This document shows positions 26,414-38,000 of a stretch of DNA of 64,000 nucleotides, in pieces; position 1 is the stretch's first letter; the number at the start of each line of letters is the position of its first letter. The stretch spans positions 12,876,549 through 12,940,548 of the forward strand of contig OZ316896.1 of the NCBI GenBank assembly GCA_973895155.1. The letters are read 5' to 3'. The notes under the pieces were generated by a model. The model had not been told where the DNA came from. It did no database searches and saw only the letters and a program-made list of their open reading frames with translations. This DNA is from Marsupella aquatica. Lineage: Eukaryota > Plantae > Marchantiophyta. Made by a program: the position numbers and the translations under genes.

Positions 26414-26710
26414 TGGCAAATTGAAGAGGTCAATGCTCTCACTGCTGCCAAAAAGTTTCAGCAAGACCAGGCTACTCTTGACTCATCCAGGGATAAGGTT
26501 AGGACTGCTGAGACAAGGTGGAAAGAAGTGGAAATGATCTGTAGGGAGAGCAATGTGAAAAGGGATTGGAAGCAATGCAAGAAGAAGTGGGAGAAGTTGT
26601 TTACTGACTTTAAAAAGGTCAATGATTTCCAGAAGCAGACTCCTAGTGGCAGTAATGGCTACTTCGAGCTCTCACTAAAAAGGAAGGATTGAGGTCTTCC
26701 TCCTAAATTC
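26414..26710 (+). pseudogene. Trihelix / Myb-SANT-like DNA-binding domain fragment
   Basis: Translates WQIEEVNALTAAKK...AETRWKEVEMICRESNVKRDWKQCKKKWEKLFTDFKKVNDFQK...GYFELS...*GLPPKF, with the W..W..R...QC..KW..L trihelix signature. Flanked by stops, no start codon. Confidence 0.75.
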
Positions 26711-29700
26711 CTTGTTCCTCAATTCTCAAAGCTTTTACCAAATCTGGTAAGAGAACTTCCTTTCTCTAATGCAGCTACTCTAGTCCTCCTTGATCAGCTG
26801 CTGCTTGTAGCACTCGTAGCTTGTCAACTGATTGCCGCCCCAGGGCAGAACTTGGCCTTCTGATATATACAAGTTCTGTCCAATCTCCTCTTGGCAAAGT
26901 CAGGTTTGACTGTCCAACTCTTGTCTATCAATCTTCTGAAGTGCTAGGCGAGTGCTCGGTGCGTTAGGCAATTGTGCGAGAGATAGATAATGAGATGCTG
27001 AGAGGAATGAAAGACCAGCATGAGCAAAAGCGTCTTGTCCAGCTAGGTAGAAACATATAAATGTGACAGATGACAACTAATTGAGTGATAGAACTTGGGA
27101 TAGCTAGCTAGAAGTAAATGTGGCAGATGACAACTACGTGATACTTACTGATAGTCTCTGTCATCTACCCAATTGTAGGATGAATAGCAGAATGCATAAC
27201 GCAGAATGATGCATTCTAAATGGGGAAGGGAACAAAGACGGGCGAGGAGAGCAAAGAGAAGAGGAGAGGAGAGGAGGGGTTTGGGAGTCGGGCGATACTT
27301 GGGAGGAACTTCTTGTGAAGCAGCTGGAAAGGGAGGGATCGTGCAAAGACGACCTCTTTTATTTGCTGTAGAGCTGTAGTCCTGTAGACGAAGCATCTGC
27401 GGGAGGTGGGATGTCGAGGTACTGAATCGGTGGAACTTGTCGTTGCTCTCTCGTTGGTGACTTCATTATTGTTACTGCTCATCGATTTACTTGTTGCTAC
27501 TCGCTCAAAGAGAGAGCCGTCTTCATGCTCTGAATCGGTACCATAGCGTGTGAATGTTTTAGGATTGTGCTGCTTTTCTGAGTAATTTGTCTTTCCGCGA
27601 TTGAAGGTGCTGTGTTGTGTGCACGGGGCAAGCTAGCGTACAAGATTGGACAGAACTCATAGCTCACAGCCTCAATCAAAGCTTTGGGGTTTCTCTCGGG
27701 TTTCTTGTTCGTGGGCAGGTTTGTGGGTGCTGTTCGTGAGCAGGTTCGTGGAACCGGTTTCATTGTGAGAATGGGTACCGGGGAGTGGGGCGCGGAGGGA
27801 GTGCATGGGCCCAAAAATGCCCCTGCCCCCAAAATTGCAATGGTGGGCCCTGTGTGCATCCTTACTCCCCATCCGTACACGCCCCTGCTTCATGGAACCT
27901 AGGCCTAAGTCCCCCTTCCCACTTTTTCACTACTTTTTGGTTTGATTTTTCTTTATTACATTTATGCACTATCTTATTATTACTTATGTAATATTTGTAA
28001 TCAATTAAGTTCTCTTGTGACAAAGACTATCAGGGGGTACTTGATATAGCATGTTAGTTCTAAGACATAGCTATTTTAACTCATTGACAATAATGTCAAT
28101 TGTATCCTATGTAAACTACGAATTAATTTACATAGGTTATCAAATAGCAGCTATAGCATCAGTGATTCAAAGACATAAATGGAATAAAAGTGCACACCTT
28201 TAAAGTGAAGAAACTACCGTAATTTTTTGGTGAAAGACAAGTACATAATTTATAAGTCAATATACCCTAGGGGTATAGTATTTTCTGGTTGACAGAGAAA
28301 TACCCTAGCTTTGTACTTTAGCTTTGTACTCTATTTTTAGGCCCTATTGAGAGATTCACTATTTAGGTGACACCTGTTAACCTCTAAACCATAAGGGTTG
28401 GAAAATTTTTCACAAATGGAGATATAACCTACAGAGCATCGCTGGTGAGTTGGTGCATCCTGGTGAATCTAACCTTGTCATGCAATAGAGAAGGAATGAT
28501 AGCATAAGAATTTAATCATATACACAATAAGCTATTCATAGGAATTGAGATAATTAAAGGGGTTAGAAAAATTGCTAAATTCCAATACAAAGTGAGATGA
28601 TAGACTAGACCAGAATTAAAGGTAAATTTAGAACTTATTCTTCTAGTAAGACAAGATAGGGTAGAAGGTGTTTGCCATATAGCAGCTTCAATGAATGTCT
28701 ATGCATGGATGATTAAGGGAGGAGGGTTTACTCTGCCTGGATGGTACTGTGCAGGTGCATAAAGTACTTTATTCTAGTGCATTGGCAGTCCCCTTTATTT
28801 TGTGAGCTTGGAAAACTCGTCACTATTTCCTTCACAATAAAATTAAATATTTTTTGGTTTAATCCTTTTCTTTGTTCAGATTCACGGATCACTGCATAAA
28901 ATGACGGAACATTTTATTATAGTTCTTAATAGTAGATGGCTTGGGATCCACAGAGTAGGAACCGTAGACTTCGATCATGAATTACAGATAGATTGATTTA
29001 GCAATATTAGTTTATGGCCAGGGACATCGATTTACTGAAAAGGTCCAAACAAAGTACAATGGAATAACAACGAAAGAGGTTGAGGGGACAAAACGCCAAA
29101 CTCAAGGCAAGGGTATCAGCTTTCTCTAAATTTAATGGTGAGATCTACTGTAGGGCTCCGCTTCCATATCCTATTCTCCAAATTATCTCAAGGCAATGAT
29201 TGAGAATGTTAAAACTAGAATTACAGAATCTGAAAATGGACCGAGGGGTTTGATTATTTGTTCAGCCTATCCACATGGACTGCATAACACCGTCAGCCAG
29301 TTTTAACTTGGGACCAATAACTTTTGGAAGGACTTTTCAATGTTTAGATGGATATGGTGCCAAGTAAAATCAAGCACCCCAACCAAATGTAAACAGCTGG
29401 TTTTGGGTAGACTTGCGCATTTATTTGGATAACTTTTGGAGCACTCTTTAATCTCAACTTTTTCCAACATCTCCTATGCCCAATCTGTTACTTGACAAAG
29501 TTGGAGATGATTAGTAGATCATTTGTGTTTCATGTCCAATGAATGCAAAAATGAGTGACAAACTGTCATCTTTGGGAATGACGCTACACTTTTGTGAAGG
29601 ATGTCCTAAGTTAGTAGTTTGGGCACGAGCACAACTTGTCACTTTTCTGAAGGAAGGTCTGAGTTATTTTGGGCATGATCGAGTAGCAACTCTCCACCAC

Positions 29701-30245
29701 GTAAGATAATTAAAACCCATTGGAAATGGTCACATCCCCTTTTACAAGTGACATTTTCAGTCAAAGCTGCAAAAAGCGCTACTGGAGTCCTTCTAGATGT
29801 TTTTTGCCAGCCTATTTTAGCTTTGGAAATGCATTTGAGCTTCAAGAATTTGCCACTTAAAGAGCAGGTGAGAGAAATTTTCTAAGGAATTTTTTAAGGG
29901 GAAGTATGTGAAGGAAACAATCAGTCACAACATTTCAACACTAGACCTATGAGTCTCAACTCATGTGAGCTACCACATAACTATACCACATAGCAGGTGA
30001 GAGAGATTCTTGCCACCACTTCCTCAGGTTTTCCATAAGTGAGGTCCTGCCATGAGTTTACAATCAAAGGCTTCAAATGAGTGCTCAAATCCGCTCAATA
30101 TTTGCCTCCAACTGTGAATTGGACGAGTAATTGGGCAAGTAATATATTACCAAAACATCAAACTAAGCATAGTACTACAACCCAAAACCTTAATCAAAAC
30201 CTGTTAACAAAATAGAAACAAAAGCCATGAGACTATGAATTCTCA

Positions 30246-30488
30246 GGGGTCTCACTATATGGAGGCCTTCCCATCACCTGCAACGTTTTAAGGCCTCAGA
30301 TTCCCTAAAATGTAAGAAAAAATATTTTTCAACACCCATAAAGTTAGAATATTTTTGGAATATTCCCAAAATTGATTAACAAACACTATTGTTCTTCTGA
30401 GAAACTTCTTGATTCTTCCCTTGGAACTAATAAAATGAGTCTATACTTCGTCGCACGTGATGTGCCATTTTTGTGGAAGTGAAACCCC
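30246..30488. mobile_element. MITE, GGGG..TCACT / AGTGA..CCCC family
   Basis: GGGGTCTCACT...AGTGAAACCCC; colinear with 52916-53197. Confidence 0.75.
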
Positions 30489-31093
30489 CAAGGATGAATT
30501 GGGTGGCAGTTTCCAATGAATATAAAGAGTGATATCCCTTGAACCTTCCCCCCCCCCCCCCCCTTCCCCTGGATCTCAAATATGGAGCTTGACATGTTTG
30601 TTTCCTATTTAAGATGGCACTTCTAGGTTCATGCATGTCTTGGATGAAGTAGGCAAAACTATTCAAATTATCCATAATCTCTACACTCCACACCTTAGTT
30701 TGCCAACAATTCCTTGTGAAAGTTCAGTTTATCTCCCAAGCTTGCATCAAATGGGTTGAAAAAGTGGTGCACACATCTTTGATTGCAACAAGCGTCAGCA
30801 AAACTCAAATTCTAACTCATACCTACTAGGATTGCAGCCGTTCCCTATGCAATATAGCAAACCCTTCTGAGTGAATCAGGAAGTGAGTAATTAACATAGC
30901 TCCAGCCAAGTTTGATCACTATTTCTTGATAAGTTCCAGATGCTTGTGGCATTACAGACTGTTGGGTGAAAAGGATGATATGTATCCTTGTATGTATCAT
31001 CCACGATGCGGGGTAGCAATCAAGTTTTGTCTCTCTAAATTTTTTCCAAATTGGAAGCCAACTGAAATTCCTTGCCCACTTGCACAAACTGAC

Positions 31094-32959
31094 AGGAGCT
31101 ATGTGGTGTCGGTTTGGATTCGCCTCTTTTCTCTTTGTAGGTCAAAAGTCAAACCACCAGTCTTCAAGAAGATCTACTATCCCATCTTTGGTTCACCACT
31201 ATAAGGCTACAAGATGAGTGGTAGCAGTGATTTCATTTTCCCCAATTGCTCAATCTTCATTACTACTTAGTGGCCTTCAAGCAGGAAATGAGAGGAGAAG
31301 TTTATGTGTCAAGAAATGTTACATCCACATCGTAGCATGGCATGAATGAGCTGTTGTTGCAATTAGGTTGGCACAATCAAGAATTAATCCAAAAAAATTG
31401 ATAATAAAAAAAATGGGTTGTGCAGTATGTGAGCCGTTCGGGGAAATAAGAAGAAATGACATTTGTGACACTATCTATGACCTTGCCAAAGGGCAAGAAT
31501 GCCAAACCAGGAGACAGGATCCACCAGCAAAACAATCCAATGAAGAGGAGAGAGAGAGGAGCAAAAAGGGTCCAAGAAGACCAGAGGGTCTAACAAGCCA
31601 ATGGGTCCCCCATGACAGCAAAGGAACAATGACACAAAGAAGGAACCTACAACAAAGCGGAGAAGACTTATACCCTACTAAGGGGTGAAGTGAAACTCCT
31701 GATAGAGCTCCGGAGTAAACCGCATACGAAGGGACGTTGCAAAGATACTCAACCTATATGCAAACATGATGATTGTTTTGGTGCAATTCTTCCTAAAAAA
31801 CTTCAAAAAAGAATGCATTCATAAACTTCCTTAAACTTGTGGCTCTTTCTTAACAAAAAGCACTTAACAAATAAAAGCAGGAGGAAGAAAGCAAAAATTA
31901 AATTAAAAAATAGCAACAAAATTGATATAAAAGTTTTTCAATGTTCTAAAAACTAGGACCAACATAGACTAAAGTCATCAGCTCAGTGACAAGTCTTGTA
32001 CATGTCAAAATGCTTAATGGGAGACTAACTGCACCAGGAAACTTGTTTTCTATTGAAACAGGTTGTTAAAATAGGCAGCCAGCATATCTTTCACTAGGTG
32101 TAAATAAAATACTAGAAGAAGTAGATTTATAGAACTTTTGGCTGGGAAAGATTAAAATGGCCCCTACCATATTCTGGAAGCAAGTTAAAAAAAATGTTCA
32201 ATATCATAGATCACTAACCAAATTACAACTAGGACAAGGTAGTCCCCAAGGAGAACAACACTCAAAGAATCGATATTAAAGATCACACTACACATTACAA
32301 CCAGGTCAGGGTACTGTCTAGAAATTTAATATTAAAGATTGTGAACTAAAATACAAATACAGTCTTCATTGTAATCGGTCTTATCCTGGAATTATTGTTT
32401 GTCCTTAATTAATGTTGGTTATCTTAAGAATTAAGAGAGTTTGAATAGATCATAACACCAAATGCGATGGGTTTTCGGGCTAAGACTATTTGGGGTTGGA
32501 ATTCCCTGAACTAGAGCACTTCACATGTTTTGATAGGATTTGGCAAGCAGGCAAGATAGCCCCTGCAATCCTCGTGAATGCATGGCACCCCAGACCCATC
32601 TGAGCTCAGGAGGCAATGCACCGAAGAAGTCGTCAAACAAACTTCCCATCAGGAAGTTATTGTCGTTTCCGTTTGGCGTCTCCCGGCCGCGACCTGGGCT
32701 CGCCCTTGGCCCCCAGGGACACACCACTCCCCTCATATATGCTTATGGAGACCTGACACCCCCACACCTACTTTTTTGCCAAAATTCTGGCCCCCTACCT
32801 GTACCCCATCCCACACGCGTGGGCACGCAACTAACTTGTCATGCCCATAATTTTCTAGCTAGGCATCCATACGCGGCGTGCCTAAGCCTGTTGTGATTGG
32901 GCTATCCCATTGCTCATGGCTAGAGCCACAACCCATCGTCAATCGAGTGCCCTAGGGCG
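31094..32959 (-). repeat. Inverted duplicate of 5106-6981
   Basis: AGGAGCTATGTGG at 31094 is the reverse complement of the sequence ending at 6981; the match continues to ~32959. Confidence 0.95.
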
Positions 32960-33295
32960 GCCGCATTTGGGCCACGCCGTATCTCATGCGCCAAGCGTCC
33001 GTTGTGCATGAAGTAAACTCCGTTAGTCTTGGGCCCAAGAGGAACTCTCACTCAAGCCCTCAGAACTCAAAGTCCGTCCGGGGGTCCGGAGACACCTTGA
33101 GCCCGGCCCCTTCCCATGACCCGAACTTGCCCCTTAGTGTGTGCCACCAGCTTAACGCCTTCCCTTGGCTAGTGCAATGCCTTGTTGCCCAATAGTCTTT
33201 CCATACTTAGTCCTCACCGGATGGACCTTCAGGGCTTGGACCATAGAGGAGCTCGGCATCGGAGTTAGCAACGCCGGAGCTAAGTGTTCAGGTAT
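32960..33295 (-). repeat. Continuation of a dispersed ~0.8-kb repeat family (related pieces at 4340-4400, 5106-5560, 47090-47405, 52070-52880)
   Basis: Shared blocks GGGCCCAAGAGGAACTCTCACTCAAGCCCT and GAGGAGCTCGG...CGCCGGAGCTAAGTG. Confidence 0.75.
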
Positions 33296-33519
33296 TCGAG
33301 TTCCGTGCACGACTTCCATCATTAGATACAACCAAACTAGCTTGATGGAAAGAGACTTTGGTTTGCTTTTGCAATTTATTTTGATGTGGTTTATCTTGCC
33401 ATAATTCTAGCACTCCACACTCTTTGAATCCAAGGGTTTGGATCAAAAGTGTTGAGGATGGAGGATTTTGGTTTAAATCAAACTGCAAGTCTTGCAATAC
33501 ATAGCATACAAGTACAACA

Positions 33520-33872
33520 TGTTAGGCGTTTACTCTTAGGTCTAGGATTAGAGCTATAACCATAGTTAGGGCTGACCTTAGTGACGGACTAGGTTAGGTT
33601 AACTAGGTTGCACACTATATCCCAAACAATGTTTGTTTAGATAGAAGGAACTCAGACTCATTGTTACGAACTAGCCAATTGAGAGATAGCCTTGGAGATC
33701 TTGTATTGGGGAGACTTGGTATGGCCGACGAGCCTATAGTGTAGTAAAGCTCTTGTGTGTTCCCTTTGACGTAGCCTCAAGTTGAGGTGAACCATGAATC
33801 TCTCTCTGTTGACTATTTGTGCATTGAATGTTCATGGGCTTTCCTTTGTGGATGTTGTCTTTGCTGAAAACA
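33520..33872 (+). mobile_element. Copia-type solo LTR remnant (TGTTAGG...AAAACA)
   Basis: TG...CA ends; 33630-33872 is colinear with 10590-10815. Confidence 0.55.
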
Positions 33873-34579
33873 CCGACAAATAGATACTTGATTCACCCCT
33901 TTTGGGCTATGTCTACGGCCGCACCAAGAGCTTCACTATGAACACAAAATGTATATCACCATAGCTTCATGGTCCAAGCTCCATGGTCCAGGCTTTTTGA
34001 GCTCTCTCTCTCACACACACCAAGTTCTGGACTACCAAATTTTCTCTCCATGGGATACAAAAAGGTTTATCTTACCACAATAATACCCTATCCTGTCAAA
34101 AGTGGTGGGTGGTCTGTTTTACAAAATCACTTTTGGGGGGAACATTCCATGACAATTAATCCTAGTCTTTGATTAGTCTAAAACAATCTTTCTAACCCAA
34201 AGCAAACAAGACAAAGTATTCTGGTATGCACAAAGATTATGTAAGAGGGGCATGATGGCATAGGCCGTATGTGAGTGCCATGTGTTGCCATTGGAATGCA
34301 GGCACTTGGGACATCATTATACGGGGATAGGGACTTGGAGATAGGGACTAGGAGACATAAAGTTCAAAGTAGGGACTAGGGAGGGGAATTAATGATGCAC
34401 CCGTGGGTGAAGGGATGAATTGTATCATACCCTCCCATAAGTACAAGATAGGGGATGAGACAAAGTGGAGCAAAGGAAGGTGAATCAAAATAAAGAAAAT
34501 AATAATAAGGCAATAAGAGGGGAAAAGGAGGAGAAAAGGGACATCGTTTTGTTGCCTTGACATCTTTTAATCAACTCAA

Positions 34580-35060
34580 TGTCTTTTTCTCAGCTCAACA
34601 TCTTTTCTCTCCTCCATATCTTTTCTCTCCTCAACTTCTTTTGCACTCCTCAACATCATTTTCTCTCCTCAATATTTTTTCTCACCTCGACATTTTATCT
34701 TTTTTGCATCTCACCATCTATTTCTCACCTTGACATATTTTTATCTCATCTTGCCATCTTTTTCTCACCTTGACCTTTTCATCTCATCACAATATTTTTT
34801 CTCTCCTCGACAGCTTTTCTCACTTTGACTTCTTTTATCTGATCTTGACATCTTTTTCTCACCTGGATATCTATATCTCATCATGACATCTTTTTCTCTC
34901 CTCGACATTTTTTCCTCACCTTAACATATTTTTCTCACCTTGCCATCTCTTCTCTCCTGGCTTGACATTGTTTCTCACCTTGACTTCTCGCATCTTGACT
35001 TCTTTTCCTCACCTCAACATCTTTTTCACTTCAAGATCTTTTCTTCACCTTGACATCTTT
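34580..35060. repeat. Degenerate ~20-bp pyrimidine-rich minisatellite (TTTTCTCACCTTGACATC)
   Basis: More than 20 imperfect units. Confidence 0.8.
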
Positions 35061-38000
35061 TGTGCAACGCACAGGCATGGGGCTAGTGCTTTCATAAAGA
35101 GTCTATTTAAGTCATGTTAACTTTGGCTAACTTACTTTAGCTAATCTAGCCAAGCTTGAGTCAAAACCCTAACATTGTTGAGGCTCTGTTCCCCACCTGT
35201 AACTTTCCTTTCTCTAGTGATCTTGCGTGCATGGAACACACTCAATTCCCTAGCTATTAGAGGTGTGAGAGCAATGTCTTTTTTTATCTGTGCATTGAAA
35301 CCCTCTAACTATTGCTTGTCTGAAGTAGCTGTCTTTAAGATGAGACCTCCAAGTCAAAATCCCACACTGTGTTCTGCACAAACAGATATAGTATTACCTT
35401 AACCTTCCAAATTGTGTTTTGCACAAATGGGTTTAGTGTTACTCTAACTTTACTCCCGATGTTACTTAGTATGTTCTCAATAGTGTTCTGTCCATAATTC
35501 ACATTGGTAAGGTTGATTGAAGAGTAACCCTAAAAAAATCAAACTACACAAATACTCTAAACAAGACTAATTGGAGTGAGTATTGTAGGTCATGGTAGTC
35601 CCTAGGGGAACAATAGGTGGTCTCAAAGCTCAGAATTTGATGGGCCTTAAATCTGTAGTAAGGGGTTAAGGACACAAAAAAATAGACCAAATTCATACTC
35701 CATAACTTTATGCCATAAAGATTGGTAGTATGCCATTACCGTTAATTAGTTACTGTAGAGACTAGTGAAAAAGAGCCCATTTATAGAACCTTATGATTAA
35801 GTTACTACCATTAGTTTATGGCCCATCATCCGTAATGTTGAACGTTTAGACGCCCTAATACCCAGAACTGTACCAGGGACCACTAAGTTACTTAGTAATT
35901 GCCCCTTACCCTGTGCAGAATACGAGGCTTTAGTCAAGTGTGCACCCAGCTTGGATATTCAACTAGTCTTTGTCCACTGCACACCACCCATCTCCTACCT
36001 GTCCACGCCCTATTTGCGGATGCGGAATTGACCCGATATCTCTCAGTCCCAGGCACATTGCCATGGCCACATGGGCTAGCTCATCAGGTCCCACACAGGG
36101 TTTTCGCTTTGGGACTGCCCCTTTACCAGAAAATAATGATAAAATGAAAACCCACCACACAACGTGCTGTGGGGCAGGAGCGGATAACCTTACTTTTGAA
36201 AAAGAATAAAATTACAACCGCCATTTGGGACAAGCTAGATCTTTTCTGAATGCCCGGTGCATCTTTGCAGATACGCTTTCCTTCAGTTTTGAACGAATCA
36301 ATGCCACAATTCTCACTCCCAACAGGTAACCGGATAATATTCCTTCGGCTGAAATAGATAGAGAAACCTGTCCTTCCCAATCATGACCTGGTGTGATTTC
36401 TCTTCCCAAAATCCAATTCGCTTCCCCAATGATGAAACCGGTCACGGGTCACGGAAAGTCAAACCAAATGAGTGCGCTCAAACATAGATTCGTCAAATTT
36501 CATCCACTAAGGCAAGTTCTACTGTACTTATTAAATTGCATTGTCATTTCTATTTACACAAAGCCTGGTGTGTATTTGTGGGACAAAGAGGACCATTTGG
36601 GGCCACAAATGACATATGTGGCCCCGGTCAATCCGGCCTGGTGACAGGGTTGTGCCGGGAGGGTGTGGAGTCCGGGCGGGGGAGTCGGGGATCGGGCAGG
36701 CCGGGAGTCGGATGGGGACGGCCGGTTAGGGGGGCTGTGCCTTCTAGAGCCGAGCCAGGCCAGGACGAGACGGGTGGGTGTCTTAGGGGTTGCTTCAACC
36801 TTAAACATCCTTCCCCAATTGATAATAACAAGCTTCTAGTACTATGGTATCTAGATAAATGTACAACAAAAAATCTTTGAAACACTTAAAAGTGTGTGGA
36901 TACCCCCAAAAACAAAACAAAGTAGCTTGTCTTATAATGTTTTGGGTAAGAGTAGTTTTCATGTTCAAAAAATTATTAATCATTCATTTTAAGAGTAGAG
37001 GATTTTTTCTTTTGTACCACCTTAGAGCAAGTTGGGGCCACTTGGTACGTGTGCCGTCTTCTCATTGTTCATGTTGACAAGTGTTCGCCCCACTTTTATC
37101 CCCACATGTGTCATTTACATAACTACTTAGCTAGTAAAAGAGTATAAATCTCTATCAATAAAGTGGTGAGCCTGTCATGTTTATCTCATAATACTTTTGG
37201 TTAGTGACAGGGTAAGAGATAGGCTAGGGTTTAGGCATCTTAAGTGTATGAAATGTCAAGTTTAAGATAACTTAGTTAAAAACAAGGATACAAACGCAAT
37301 TTCAAAGTCCAACAATACAAAAGGTGCACCGTGTCTGAGGTGAATTGAAATAAAACTACATATCAAAAATCTCAATAACACAAAGTAACCAGTAGGCTCC
37401 CAAACAAGGTAACACCAGAAATTTGGGCAATTGTGTAGTCTTACAAGCAGGTACTCTTGTTTTTGTCTAGTCCTCTAAACCAGACTTGCTAGAGTGATGA
37501 TATTTTTAACATCAGTTTTGTCTCCCATAGATGCTTATTTCTGAAACGACTACTGTAGTTTGTCAATACTTTGTCAATGACAATCAAATGCTTTAAAATG
37601 AGGGATGTCATAATCTGGATGAAAATACGAGTAGAGAAGCTTATTAATGACCCAATACTAAACTAATTGTGCTTAAAGCACAACTACCCTTCAAAAGCTA
37701 CGGGTTACCCGTAGTTACCATTAAAAGGAAATTTTTTCTGAAATTGTGGAGTAAACTAGCATGCTAGAGGAGAAGAATGATTGAAATATGGAAAAATGGG
37801 GAGGTCTTGGACACTTCCCCTTATATAGGGGAAATTGTGATTTAAGGCGTGCGGGGGCCTCATATCGTAGTATCACCAGATTTGCTAGACAGTGTATTAG
37901 TGTAGCACCAATGTTTAAAATGATTTTATACCTCAGCTTTCTCTACGTGTATGCAACTTTTGTGCATAATTTGCCTAATTTGGTGCTTGTATTGAATGGA

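Noticed and set aside
35960-36500. Possible decayed coding exons on the minus strand
   Set aside because: No recognisable motif in any frame.
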